Assembly (NCBI GenBank): GCA_030704615.1
Contig: CM060732.1
Span: 18,290,001-18,354,000, forward strand
DNA from: Takakia lepidozioides
Lineage: Eukaryota; Plantae; Bryophyta
DNA: 64,000 nt
Reading direction: 5' to 3'
The first letter of the stretch is position 1; every line of letters begins with the position of its first letter. Position numbers and translations under genes: made by a program. Shown in pieces: positions 28,401 through 43,000 of this stretch. The notes beneath the pieces were generated by a model, which worked only from the letters and a program-made list of their open reading frames with translations, was not told the DNA's origin and ran no database searches.

Positions 28401-30973
28401 GAGGTGTTTGAGACGACAGCTGGAGTGAATCTATCCCACACACAAAGAAAGACACTTGAATACAAGAGAACATAGGGAGTTCCAGCCCAAGATTGGTAAT
28501 ACATTTGCCAGAACAGTGGTCACAAGGCTAGGGACTCCTGATTATGGCATAGCAATACACTATAGAAGTAATTCTCTCCCTGCTATTCCTTAAGAGACAG
28601 AAAACAAAGATTTCCCCCTACATAGAAAGCCAAGGCTCATCCAATTCTATACCTGATAGACATTAGCGAACCTCCATGGAAAAACTACCCAGAATCAGTG
28701 CTTGCAAACAAAATAGAATCAGAACGGGTTGGTGCTTGTACCTTTGCTTGAAGCATTCCCTGGGGAAGTTCCCATTACACTCCCTGGGGAAGTTTCCTCA
28801 GGCTTCTCATTACTGTGTCCTCCATTTGTACTGATTGAAGGGGAAGGATTGATGACTACATCGTCCAGTGCCAATCCATTGACCACCAATCTCTCAGCTG
28901 CTTCCCCAACCCCCACATCAGTAACTACTGTAATAGGGATGGCTTCTCCTAGCCTGTAGTCGAAGCCACCAATGTCGCCTCCACCATCCCCACCCACACC
29001 AGGGATCTTGGCTTCCTCAATGGCACCAGTGGCTACTGTTGACTCCCCAGAAAAATCCTTAAATACCAATTTTTTTCGAGCCAGATCCTCTTCAGAAGAT
29101 GATTGTTCTAGCCTGTTTGTTCCCATAAAACCATTCCCATACACAGGCTCCCCCCCTTGACTCTGAGTTCTGAGCAGTGTTTGTTGTCCAGATTCGCCAT
29201 CCACAGCCTCCTGCTTTGACACAGGCCCCACTTCATTCTGTGTCCCCTTCCCATCACTGAGTTCCTTGGAGAAAGACACAGATGGATCATCTAGAAAACT
29301 TGAATCAGAACCTGTTGTCGATTTCCGCAACTGGAGGGAGTTTGAAAGGTAATGCAAACGATTGTCCCAGTGGCCTGAGATCAGTGTGAGGTCCCGACGT
29401 AACCGATTGAGTGCCAACACATCAGCAACCGGCTGGCCAGGTAAGGGGCTAGCAGGTGCAGCCTTTTGTAGTGCAGCCTGTGATCAGCCACCAGAATAAC
29501 TCAGTCAAGCAGTTTCAATTTCAATCTAGACCATATATTACCTCTCTGGCACAATCACCATGGTGCAGTCATTGCAACCTGCCACTTGAACCCTGCCTTC
29601 AGCCACCAACTGCTCCAGCCAGCAGCTCCATGCTCTGCTCTGACTGACAGCATAAAGCAAATTAACAAATCATCCTATACTGATTTTGCCAAGTCACTGT
29701 ACCTCAAAGACAGCCTTTTCACTTTGCAACACACCCTCCAGCTCCACTATTCGGCGCCTAGCTTCAGGACGCATCTCGCCATAGACGCATCTCGAGCTTG
29801 CAATCCGCTCCCCAACCACACGCAATGAGTTGAAAACCTCCGCAAACACCAACTCTGCTTTGTCCGCCACCTGTTTCCAAGTAACTTCATCAACCATGTA
29901 AGAAAGCTCTTGAGGAACTGGAAAAGCTTCCCAAACCTGTACATATGAGACCAGGTTACCAACTTCTCGTAAGTGCAATGCCACCCTAAATTAATTGGGT
30001 TCAATGACATTGGCATCTCTGATAGTACCACATTGGTTGTAGTAACCAAACAATCCTCTTCAACTTCCAACACTCTTATGGTTAGGTAATCAATGAAACA
30101 AATCAACGATCTGATGAGGAAGGAGACGTTACAACTATGACAGTGACTGCTCAACCCTGATAAAGTCTGCAAGTATGAGCCAATGTGGTAGGGGTTTGGA
30201 CTGCCAACTGTTCTTGACAAGATCCAAAACACGCGATAGGAAAGCCACCATGATGACAGCTGTGTATTACCAAATGCGAAGGGCACATGAGAGACAGACA
30301 GAGGCATAAAACTGTGCAAGATAAACCAGGAACTGTGGCTACCTCGCTAGCTTCCTTCTGAAGCCATTCCTGTTGATGTGGGTTGTTGAACTCCAACTGC
30401 GGAGGAGGAATAAAGACGGAGTGAAGATTGATAGGGGCATACCGAAAGCATGCTACCATGTTGCCAAACCTACATCCATCACCAGGAACTACTCTTCTTA
30501 GACAGAATCACCGCGGGCATCCTACTGAATTGCCTGCCAATTCAGGGCATGTCCATACTTGGATCAAAGCCACCAGCTGTAAGGGAAATTAATTGCGTAT
30601 ATAGAATAACAGATGCAGCCTGGCCTCTGTATTTGCAATCCCTGAGGGAACCAGGGTATGGCAGGCACAGACCGCTCCTCCCATGTTTTCAAACAGTGTG
30701 TGTGCCTGAGCAGGAGCTAGAGAATGTACTCATAAGACGTGCTGTGGCCTTGTGGCCAGACCCCGCCCCCCAGTTTGGGCAGAACAAGCAAGAGGGAGAC
30801 AAAGAGAGAGAGATCATATTTAGTTCATGAGCAGGCCAAGAGGGCCCATGGTACACAGTAGAGAAAGAAAGAAACTTTGGAACGTCCGGAGGAAACATGG
30901 ACCTAAGTAGGACAACATATATCAATGTCAAAGTAAAAGAACAAAAGGAAACACATACAAACACACCAAACGC

Positions 30974-31009
<36 letters not shown>

Positions 31010-34000
31010 TTACCCATAGAACCTAAGGCAATCCCTATGTAGAGAATGCCCACAAGCAGCCACCCTACTTGCTGCCGCATGATTTGAGAAGCTCAACTCC
31101 AGGAATTTCCCAAATGAAAGGCCCCATGCAGCATCTGACATGACTATCCTTCTTGTTGCAGGAGGGACCCCATTAACTCGTGCGCATCGTAGACAGCGAT
31201 GCCACATCCAGATCTTTCCCTCCCTCTCCCCCGGCAATACGACCTCGTTCAGGCGCTGCACAGTGATGGTGAGGCTACCCTGTCGATGTGTGTAGCAGTG
31301 CACATGCGAGTCCAAAGGCTCCTTACATCTTCCACAATGGTTGCTCTGGAAATTTGACAACCAACAAAAACCACCCATGACATTGTACACGCATACTCTC
31401 ACACTGAGTGTCTCGCTCTTCTCTCTCCCTCTCATTTTATCAAATACAGTATAGGTATAAGTCTCACAAGAAGAATGACGTCACTGGCAGGAACTAGCAC
31501 AACTGTTAGGCCTGTTCGACCCATAAACACAGTCCTCTGTGGAGGTGGGCCACTTCACTTTTCTCATAGAGGAGCCTTCAAATGTAAAAGGCCTAATATG
31601 ACTGAGTGGTGTCTGGTTGAGTATAATTTCCAACAAAGCCTTCACAAAAACAAACCCTGACAACAGATCCATTGGCTGCCATTGCAATGCATTTACAAGG
31701 GCATGAACAGCCAATAATCTGGCTCCTTGAAAGACAGATCAAACATAAGTAATTCCCTACATCTGAACTTTAAAAAGGGAAGACCTCAATATACTTTGCT
31801 GCCAGAGGCTAAGAACTGTAAACCTTCTGTCCTGCTGCCCAGCTATAGACACTAGGGAAGAGAAAGAAGGAGCAAGTAACTCACAACGTGGAACAGAGAA
31901 TCCCGCAAAAACTTTCCCAGGGGCTTGTCAGAGTTGCCATAGTACTTGATGCGCTTGAGATGTGGCTTTTCACACACAGTCCCTTTTCGCAGGCAACGAC
32001 TGGACAATGAGACCAAGATACTTTGATGATCGGATGGTGAGGGCGGGAAATCATCTTTAAGTACAGGATACTCTAACTCCAAGCTGTCAGCAGTATCTGC
32101 TGGGAGAACCCCACCTTCCAAAAGAGGCACTGGACTATCCAGCTGAATTGACTCTTCGGGATCATGTGTAACTGGTCTGTGGGTTTCCTCCTTGCTGATG
32201 CCTGCAGTAACTCCCTGGTCAGATCCCACCCTATAAGGTGACAAAAATCCAGGCTGAGCAATTGGTGTGTTACCACCCACTGCTGCGGCGCCAAACTTCC
32301 CACTGAAGGTTCTAGGTGTGGCAATCATGGGAAGTCCACTCCCCCGCCTCCCTATGATTTCAGATGTTGTCTTTGACCCTATCTCCAGAGAAGTATCTTT
32401 CAGAGATGCAGACAACCCTGATACAATCGGATTTAATCCCCCAACCTGCAAAACAGGGAAGATAGCAAATTAACTATTAGCAGACTAACGAACCAAAATG
32501 TTTGTCTGAGCTTCTCCCTGCACTTCTGCAACTTTGTAAGTCATGATAATAGTAATGTCCAAACACCACATACAAGATAATCCAAACGTATTCAAGCAGG
32601 CCTGAAATGCACTCATAAGACTTTGTTTGCCGTAGCCTAATGCAAGCAGGCCTGAGAAAGAGAATGTACTCATACGTTGTTTGCTGTAGACTTGTGGCCA
32701 TTGACCACGCGCTCAGTTTGAGCCAAAGGGACACAAACTACCTTTGCCAGGGACTGACACCGGTAATATGATTTACCTGGGAACAGACAATTGATCCGAG
32801 TTTTCCAGATATCCTCTAGAAATCCCTTTACACAAGCATCAATCTGCTGTGTGTGGTCTGCCCAATAACTAGGCCCCAAAGGGCCTGGGCTTTTGGTTCA
32901 GCCTTGAGACTTTCCAAGTTGGTAAACAGAGGTACAGGCACAAGACGTCTCTCTGGTGAGAGTACCGAGGACAATGAATCAGGAAGTGAATATTGTCTTC
33001 AGGTTGCCCACACAACAGGCATTTGCAATCCAGAAAGAGAGTGAGAGAGAGAGGAAGAGAGCACAGATACCACTGATGGGCTGTTGCTGTCACGTCTGCT
33101 CACTGCCTGAGCCAAGGATGTGGCACCTGATGGCCACCCTGCTTTCAAACCAAAGGAAGTCATGTGTACAGGGCCAGAACCGGGAGAATTTGCTGCTGAT
33201 GAGACAGAGGACGTTGAGACTGAGGTAGGAATTGTTTCAGGAGCAGCACCAGATGCACCGTCTTCATTATTACTCCTCCAGTTGGAGGAACCATTGCGGT
33301 TGATACCTTTTAATTGTTGGGTTGAAACAGGTGCATTGATTCCCCTGGCTTGCTGCTGCGCTTGAGGATTGACAACCTGCCCATTCATCCATCAACCGCC
33401 AATAAAGAGGATGATTCTTTTGCAAGATCGAAAGACAGCAAAAGCTGTTAATACAAAGCTATATACAAATAATACTTAACATACAACAAATAATAGAGAG
33501 CAATATCTCAGTTCAGACAGTCATGGAAGACCTGTCACACGCTCATTCCTTACAATTACTATCACTTGCATTCACCAATTTCAGATATCAATGAGTAGTT
33601 AGTACCTCATTTAATAGTTAGTACGTCATTTGGATCCTTGAATGCGCGGGAGAAACTACTACCATTGGTCCTAATTTAAGTGAATTCCCCATCACCTGTC
33701 CGGAACAGACTGGCAATAGACAGAACAAGGAAATAACCAAAGAGTTGCTAGAGTATAACCCTTACCTGTGATTGCCCAGAAGATGTTGGAATGGTGAACC
33801 CAGGTATGGACGAGATAGACCTCTCCAGGCTTGACTGTTTGGTTGGAACAATTACACTAATAGGTGAGCGGAAAGGAAGGTCTGGGAGAGAGGCACCCTC
33901 GTCAGCGAGGAAGGATGTCTCCAGTGCCAAGTGATATGCAGCAAACACAGCAAACTGGATAACCTTCTTCACCTTCTTCAATTCGTCACCATTGGCGCCC

Positions 34001-37000
34001 CTTAGCAAGACCTGCAACGTAGTGGAATCCTATCACTGTTATAGGTGTCATGGGAGATGCAAGGGACGCATACAACAAGAGAAAGCAAACTGGGGTATCC
34101 CAACCTCAGAAATTACTGAGATAGAGGGAGAGAGGGAGAGAGAGAATGTAATCACAAGACCTTGGTTGCCGTAGCCTAGGGGGAGAGAGAGAGAGAGATT
34201 GTACTCATAAGACGTTGTTTGCCGTAGCCTTGTGGCAATTGACCCCGCGCCCAGTTTGAGCGGGAACAAAAGGGACAGAACCAACCTCTGTCAGGGGCTG
34301 ACGTTGGTAGTAAGACTTACCTCCATATAAAATTAATCCGGGTTTTCCAGATATCCTCTAGAAATCCCTTCACACAAGCATCAATCTGCTGTGTGTGATT
34401 TGCCCAAAAACTAGGCCTCAGGAGGGCCTGGGCTTTTGGCTCAGCCTCGAGACTTTCAAAGTTGGTAAACAGGGGTACAGGCACAATTCCCTTAATAGAT
34501 TTGAAGAGAGCGTCTCTTTAATGAGAGAACCCCGGACAGTGCATCAGAAAATGAATACTGTCTTCAGATTGCCCACACAACGGGCAATCGCACTCTCCCT
34601 TTCCTCTCTGCTTCTGTTTGCTGTTCAAAGGTAGGCTTCCTGCCCTGAGTTTAAATTTCAGTCTAGTGCGGAGAGTGGGTAGACCCTTGAGGTCATCCAA
34701 GATGTCCTCCCCTATGTCACAGACTGGAAACAGGTTCAGGGAAGTTTTCTGCCTAACTTCATTTTCATCAGACAATCTCATGGCAACAGACATGGCTTTG
34801 GACACTACAGCCTCTAAGTCAGATTTATCCAGCAGGGTCAAGACTTGCGGATCCAGGTCCAGGTCCTTGAGAATCTCTTCTACTCTCTTCTGCCAGGACT
34901 TAGCCTGTTTGACAGGGCGGTCCTGTTTCCAAGATACAGAGTCGATTAACTTAGGATATCTGGTGTTGGGCATATGTTGCAGCTGACCCCACCATCTGAC
35001 CTTGAATTCATCTCGTCGGGAGCTTAAGGACGGAATGCCAAACTCACCCCGAACAGCCACATTGGCTGTTTTGGAGCATGCTGACATAAACTCCTTAAGC
35101 ACCCCCACTTGAATGGATTCTAGAGACTTAGCCTGGTTGGAGTTATCAACCCGTATTGCAGATCCGTACTCCAAGGCAGGTCTAATAACGCGACAAAGCA
35201 TGGTTTTCTTAACCTCAGAGTTGACCCCTCTGCAGTGGAAAAATTTAGTGAGCCCCAGAGCTTTGCCCTTGCCAGTTTGAACAACTTTCCGGATATGTGC
35301 ATCCCAATTACAACTGGAGGAGAACTCAACGCCCAGGTAAGTGTAGGAAGGGAGGACCGGGATCTCTTGGCTACCCCACTGCCACTTAAGATCACTTCCT
35401 CCCTCTCCTCTGTCGTTGAATGCTACCACTGCACATTTGCTGACATTAGCCTCTAGCCCCCAAAGATCAAAGTATCTCTTCGCGCAATCAATCAACTCCT
35501 GGAGATTGGTTGGAGTCTCCCCTATGCCTGCGAAGTCATCCGCAAACATAAGGGCTGGTATGGTGGTATCACCCACCCTTAACCCAAATCCCTCACTTTC
35601 CACATCCTCGAGGAGTTGATTGATGAAAACATTGAAGAGCAGAGGGGAGAGAGTACATCCTTGAGCTACACCTTGGTCTATGTCAAAGAAGTTGGACTTC
35701 TGTCCGTTAACAGTGACACAGCTTTTGGTGTGAGCATACAAGTTGTGGACAACTCTCCACATCTTTCCCTTGATCCCACAAGACCATAGGCGGAACCATA
35801 GGCCATCTCTCCACACAGTGTCATAAGCCTTTTTGACATCCAGGAAAAAAACATAAGTGGGTTTCCCTTCTTTTTTCCTTCCCTGGATAATCTGGCTTAG
35901 AGTGAAGATATGATCCACACAGCCCCTGTTTCGCCGAAAGCCAGCTTGGCCTTCGTGGAAACAACCTCTAGACTCCAGATCAACCTCGAGACGAGTACTT
36001 AAAATAATAGTTTTTTATTTGACCTTGCCGTTTTTGGACATTCCAGATCATGTAATGCGGCGAAGATATGTCGTCAGTAACAAGTCCGCTCATGGTTTTT
36101 TAGATCCGCTCATGGAAATAAGTGACCGTGCAACGGGAAAGCGTGATGCCACGGTAGTTCCCCGGTTCTTCTCTGTCACCCTTCTTGTATAGATTGACAA
36201 TGACCCCCTGTCGCCAGCGAAAGGGGATCATTTCAGTCTTCCAGATAAGGTTAAAGAGGAGAACTAGGGCCTTTATCATGGGATCGCCACCGTGCTTGAT
36301 AAGCTCGTTGACAATACCATCAGGTCCACCAGCTTTATATCCATTTAAATGTTCAATTGCTTCCACAATCTCAGAAGAACTAATGGGAGCGTTATAAGCC
36401 ATTGAAATATACTCCAGTTCATCAGGGCTGTTTTGAATCATAGGAACAGTTTTTCCAACTGTGTCCCTTCATTCAGCAGAAGACCCCTCACTGTTAGACC
36501 TAGAAGTTCTGCCAAGGATACTGTAGTGAGTTTCAAAGGTTTTGACAATGTCAATCGATGAAGTCACCACTGCACCTTTAGTAGTCTTCAGCGCTTGTAC
36601 TTGCTGACCGTTTTTCGGCTTGTACAAACGTTGAAGGGCCAACCAGAATTTCTTGTCATTACCACCATGGTGGTTTGAGTTTATTTCACTGTATAACTTG
36701 TCCCAGTATAATTTCTTCTGAGACCTAACAAGCTGATTGATATCTTTACGGAGCTGGTAGTACCTCGCCCACAATTCTCTGTTGGTTTCCAAATTGCAGC
36801 ACTCTTTATACAGGGCTCGTCTCTCAGCTATCTTGAGTTTAATCTCATTAGTCCACCAATTAACTGCTCTACCGCAGACAATTAGTTTCCTCCCAATGAT
36901 CTTGTCAGCCACGGAGGAAACGAAACTCTCCCAAGAGTCCACTGCTCTTTCGACTTCATTTCTTGCGTTAACAGAGCGTGACTGAAGTTCTTGGAGCGAT

Positions 37001-40000
37001 TGGACAAAATGAGGGAGAGCCTCTTGCAAGGCCTGGACGTACTCAGCCTTGACCTCCTCATTGTGGAATTTTTCTATGCGCCACTTCCGAATCGAACGTT
37101 TCACAATCTCTTCGTGGTGGGAAAACACCTTTTGATCTCAGTCCAAACCAGGAAGTGGTCAGAGGTACCAATATCAGTTCTGTCGATCAACACATTGGCA
37201 CACTGGGGGAACAAAATTTTGTCCATTATGATATAGTCCACAATGGAACGTTCCCCAGTTTGGGGTTTCTCACGAGTCCACTGCACTTGGTCACCTCTTG
37301 TCCTGTTATTCAAGGTCAAAAGCTGAAGCTCTTCTAGACAGTTAATTAACCGTCTGCCATTAGAATTCAGCTCGTCCTCACCAAAAGGTCCAATGATATC
37401 GTCCTGATGGATCCCTTTGCCCACCCGGGCATTGAAGTCCCCCAATAGTACCACCTGACCTTTGGCAAGGAACGAAGCACAGTCCAGCTTTACATCTTCG
37501 AAGGCCTTGTCTGCGTCAGCACTAAGGGTCCCCTCTGTGGGCATGTAAACACAACCAACAAAGAGGTCCTTTGTACTCATGCCGCACTTCAAGTTCAGTT
37601 TTAGCCAGATACTATGCTCGTACCTCAAACCCTTGTTGATAATTTCACAATTGTCAAACAAGAAATCACGGACAAAGAATCCGACCCCTTTTTGACCGCG
37701 TTTGGCAGAGGCTGCCTTGAGAGTACACATCTTACCTGCCCATTTATAACCAATGACATCTCCAACCAGTTTATCCGATGTTTCCCATGTTTCTTGCCCA
37801 GCACAGATATGAATATCATTAGTCCGAAGAACTTGTCCCACTTCAAGTTGTTTCCTTTGGTTGGTCAACCCTGAGAAGTTGAAAGTGGCCAGCCGCAAGC
37901 CAGCCCTTTGCGTGTGAATTGTTTGTCGTCTAGGTAGCTTGTGATTGCTCCTGGACGGCCAACCGTTCTGCAAAGGGGGGACAGTTACCCCGTGTGTAGA
38001 TTTTGCTCGTCTTGTGTAAACTTTGAGAATTGGTAAACCATTCAGGGTACCAAATCTTTCAGTTACACGACGCACAGGCTCCGCACACATAGGGGCAGAT
38101 TGTCCGTCAGACTGCTTGGGGACAATTACCCTGTGTATAGATTTTGCTCGTCTTGTGTAGACTTTGAGGATTGGTAAACCATTTAGAGTACCAAATCCTT
38201 CAGTTACACGACGTTCAGGCTCTGCACACTTAGGGACAGATTGTCCATCTGACGGCTTGGGGACAATTACCCCGTGTATAGAATTTGTTCGTCTTGTGTA
38301 AACCTTGAGGATTGGTAAACCATTCAGAGTACCAAATCCTTCAGATTCAGGATGTTCAGGTTCCGTACACTTAGGGGCATCTTGTCCTTCTGGCTGTTTG
38401 GATTCAACCTCATCCAGAGCATCAAACCGATTAGAAACTCTCAAGTTGAAGTTGTTGCCCTTGGTTGTCTTAGAGCGCCCCATTGAATCACCAATGTCTA
38501 AGACCGCTCTCCAGCCAGTCAAGGGACGAACTTCTTTGAGATTGAATTGATGCGGGACTCTATTAGAAGCACTTTTGGTCATTGCAACCTTCAACGTACC
38601 CCTGTTATCAAGTCTCGAGATGGTACCATTAGCCATGAAATCCAAGCCTAAGCTAGAGCATGTAGTTTTAAAGGACACATCGTCCATCCTGGGATTCACC
38701 CCAAAAACTACACATGAAACCCTAGATTTGGCATAAGTAACCAATTCCCAGGGATCACCCTGAGGAGTGTTGATGTTGATAGGAGCTATATTTTTGATTG
38801 TTTTCGCAGGCCATAAGTTTAAGCACAGGAACCAACCCGAGCCCAAGTGCCGAGTATGCTAGACAGAGCATACGACTGCCCAATTTGGGCGGAGGGGCTG
38901 CCCCCAAGCGGTAGGAGTCTGCTTGTTACCATTCAGAGATCAGACTCCAGGGAGTTGCAGGGAATGGCCCGTGTAGGCATATTCTAAAGAGGGAAAGGCC
39001 CCAAGCTTTCCAACTAAATCCAATGCACTACCTTACCTGAAGCAAAGCGCTTCAGGTCGAAACAAACAAGGACACGAGGTCACAAGGCCGGCATTTAGTC
39101 ACAGAGACATTAATGTACTCCCGTTTCAAGTCCACCCAATGTCAATAGGCTTCCTAGAGGACAGGGAGAAAAGAGAGAGAGAGAGAAAGACTCTTTGCAG
39201 AGATAGATTGTACTTGAGGGAGGGTGCCTTACATACGAAGGAATCAAGGCAACAACACCTTAATTCACCTTCAGCACTGTGTATCTATGAGACTTGAGAG
39301 CAATAGAGTGAAGGTCTGTCAACTTATGGAATGAAGATCACAGACTCTATTTAGAGTGGGATACACCTAGACAATAACTCTTGAAAGATTGGGAAAAACA
39401 GACATCACTAACCGTGCATCCCAAGGGCCTGGGACAGCCTTCAAAGAACATGAGGTTTTTAGTATTTTGTTTGCCTGCCTGGCCTGCACTGCCATGCTCC
39501 TCCACAAATTTTTCGATGTGAAAGAGCTCACAATGCCCCGCTTTCGGCACTACAAGGTTATCAGGAGAAGGAACCACCTGCCACCATTACCAAGGACTTT
39601 ATGTCAGAAAGTATATTGTACCATTTCTATCTCAAGCAGTATGCACATAACCTCAAGAGTGGACTCAAATACTACAAGACAGTTCAGAACTACAGAAGCC
39701 CCTCCTAGATAGAAGACGTGGTATAGTGGGCTGGAGTAAGACTGACCTGGGCACCCGTACAGCGTGCAATTCGCTCCAGAAGAGGCCTCTTAACATTCAG
39801 AACTAGTGATATTTCCTTGGCCAACAAACGTTCCTGGGCAAAACCTGATACAGTCTTCTCAACCAGAAGAACATTGGGATGGTGAGCTTCGATTCGGGCA
39901 ACTGTCATGCTGAGGTGGTCTCTCTCCTGCAACAGCACGTTACAGATATGATCAGGACTTCCACTCCATCTACCAGAAAAAATAATAAACAATGTTGAGA

Positions 40001-43000
40001 AACAACTAGCTAAGGATGAGGGAATTGAGAGGCCTAACCAAACACAGTACTTAAGAGCTCCTACAACCAACCGATTACTCGTTCATTTTGATCCAATTGC
40101 AAAACCAGTGACCCAAGATAGATTATAGCAAACCAAAGTGTCTCCATGCAACAGCCACTAGACATGGATAGCAGAGAAACCATGAGGCCAGAGAAAATCT
40201 AATCCAGATCCATGTCTAACTTCATTTTCATCAGACAATCTCATGGCAACAGACATGGCTTTGGACACTACAGCCTCTAAGTCAGATTTATCCAGCAGGG
40301 TCAAGACTTGCGGATCCAGGTCCAGGTCCTTGAGAATCTCTTCTACTCTCTTCTGCCAGGACTTAGCCTGTTTGACAGGGCGGTCCTGTTTCCAAGATAC
40401 AGAGTCGATTAACTTAGGATATCTGGTGTTGGGCATATGTTGCAGCTGACCCCACCATCTGACCTTGAATTCATCTCGTCGGGAGCTTAAGGACGGAATG
40501 CCAAACTCACCCCGAACAGCCACATTGGCTGTTTTGGAGCATGCTGACATACACTCCTTAAGCACCCCCACTTGAATGGATTCTAGAGACTTACCCTGGT
40601 TGGAGTTATCAACCCATATTGCAGATCCGTACTCCAAGGCAGGTCTAATAACGCGACAAAGCATGGTTTTCTTAACCTCAGAGTTGACCCCTCTGCAGTG
40701 GAAAAATTTAGTGAGCCCCAGAGCTTTGCCCTTGCCAGTTTGAACAACTTTCCGGATATGTGCATCCCAATTACAACTGGAGGAGAACTCAACGCCCAGG
40801 TAAGTGTAGGAAGGGAGGACCGGGATCTCTTGGCTACCCCACTGCCACTTAAGATCACTTCCTCCCTCTCCTCTGTCGTTGAATGCTACCACTGCACATT
40901 TGCTGACATTAGCCTCTAGCCCCCAAAGATCAAAGTATCTCTTCGCGCAATCAATCAACTCCTGGAGATTGGTTGGAGTCTCCCCTATGCCTGCGAAGTC
41001 ATCCGCAAACATAAGGGCTGGTATGGTGGTATCACCCACCCTTAACCCAAATCCCTCACTTTCCACATCCTCGAGGAGTTGATTGATGAAAACATTGAAG
41101 AGCAGAGGGGAGAGAGTACATCCTTGAGCTACACCTTGGTCTATGTCAAAGAAGTTGGACTTCTGTCCGTTAACAGTGACACAGCTTTTGGTGTGAGCAT
41201 ACAAGTTGTGGACAACTCTCCACATCTTTCCCTTGATCCCACAAGACCATAGGCGGAACCATAGGCCATCTCTCCACACAGTGTCATAAGCCTTTTTGAC
41301 ATCCAGGAAAAAAACATAAGTGGGTTTCCCTTCTTTTTTCCTTCCCTGGATAATCTGGCTTAGAGTGAAGATATGATCCACACAGCCCCTGTTTCGCCGA
41401 AAGCCAGCTTGGCCTTCGTGGAAACAACCTCTAGACTCCAGATCAACCTCGAGACGAGTACTTATAACTCTGCAGAATGTCTTGCCAACAGCATTGAGGA
41501 GCGTGATGCCACGGTAGTTCCCCGGTTCTTCTCTGTCACCCTTCTTGTATAGATTGACAATGACCCCTGTCGCCAGCGAAAGGGGATCATTTCAGTCTTC
41601 CAGATAAGGTTAAAGAGGAGAACTAGGGCCTTTATCATGGGATCGCCACCGTGCTTGATAAGCTCGTTGACAATACCATCAGGTCCACCAGCTTTATATC
41701 CATTTAAATGTTCAATTGCTTCCACAATCTCAGAAGAACTAATGGGAGCGTTATAAGCCATTGAAATATACTCCAGTTCATCAGGGCTGTTTTGAATCAT
41801 AGGAACAGTTTTTCCAACTGTGTCCCTCCATTCAGCAGAAGACCCCTCACTGTTAGACCTAGAAGTTCTGCCAAGGATACTGTAGTGAGTTTCAAAGGTT
41901 TTGACAATGTCAACCGATGAAGTCACCACTGCACCTTTAGTAGTCTTCAGCGCTTACTTGCTGACCGTTTTTCGGCTTGTACAAACGTTGAAGGGCCAAC
42001 CAGAATTTCTTGTCATTACCACCATGGTGGTTTGAGTTTATTTCACTGTATAACTTGTCCCAGTATAACTTGTCCCAGCAAGGCCTGGACGTACTCAGCC
42101 TTGACCTCCTCATTATGGAATTTTTCTATGCGCCACTTCCGAATCGAACGTTTCACAGATCTCTTGGTGTTGGGAAAACACCTTTTGATCTCAATCCAAA
42201 CCAGGAAGTGAGAGAGTGAGAGCAGAACGGGTACAGATTACGTAGAGACTACCATACCTGCTGCAGTAAAGTGTCAAGGGAGGAGAGTTGATTGGAAACT
42301 CGCTGGTACTCCAATGCCCCGCCCAGAAGCAGAAGTCGAGGATTCTTGAAACGAGTAGTCATACGTCTATGGGCCACATTCTTTCGACACACGACTCCCT
42401 TCACAACCACGCTGTCCATGCCCAAATGATACACCACAAAAAAAACCCCACATCTTACCAAAATGTAACAACCAATGATGCTCTCTCTCTCTCTCTCTGT
42501 CTCTCTCTCTGTCTCTCTCTCTTTAATCTTGTCAGATGGTGGGGTCAGCTGCAACATATGCCCAACACCAGATATCCTAAGTTAATCGACTCTGTATCTT
42601 GGAAACAGGACCGCCCTGTCAAACAGGCTAAGTCCTGGCAGAAGAGAGTAGAGAGATTCTCAAGGACCTGGACCTGGATCCGCAAGTCTTGACCCTGCTG
42701 GATAAATCTGACTTAGAGGCTGTAGTGTCCTCAGCCATGTCTGTTGCCATGAGATTGTCTGACGAAAATGAAGTTCGGCAGAAAACTTCCCTGAACTTGT
42801 TTCCAGTCAGTGACATGGGGGAGGACATCTTGGATGACCTCAAGGGTCTACCCACTCTTGGCACTAGACTGAAATTTAAACTCAGGGCAGGAAGCCTACC
42901 TTTGAACAGCAAACAGAAGCAGAGAGGAAAGGGAGAGTGCAATTGCCCGTTGTGTGGGCAATCTGAAGACAGTATTCATTTTCTGATACACTGTCCGGGG

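Larger units (their letters stand above)
34199..39165 (-). mobile_element. Near-full-length RTEX-like non-LTR retrotransposon (family A) in a FAB1 intron
   Basis: APE motifs ([33 protein letters not shown]), RT motifs ([40 protein letters not shown]) and a C-terminal CPLC..HFLMHCP. The 3' end is GAGTACAA(TC)n, with GA tracts on both flanks. The 5' boundary is approximate. Confidence 0.92.
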
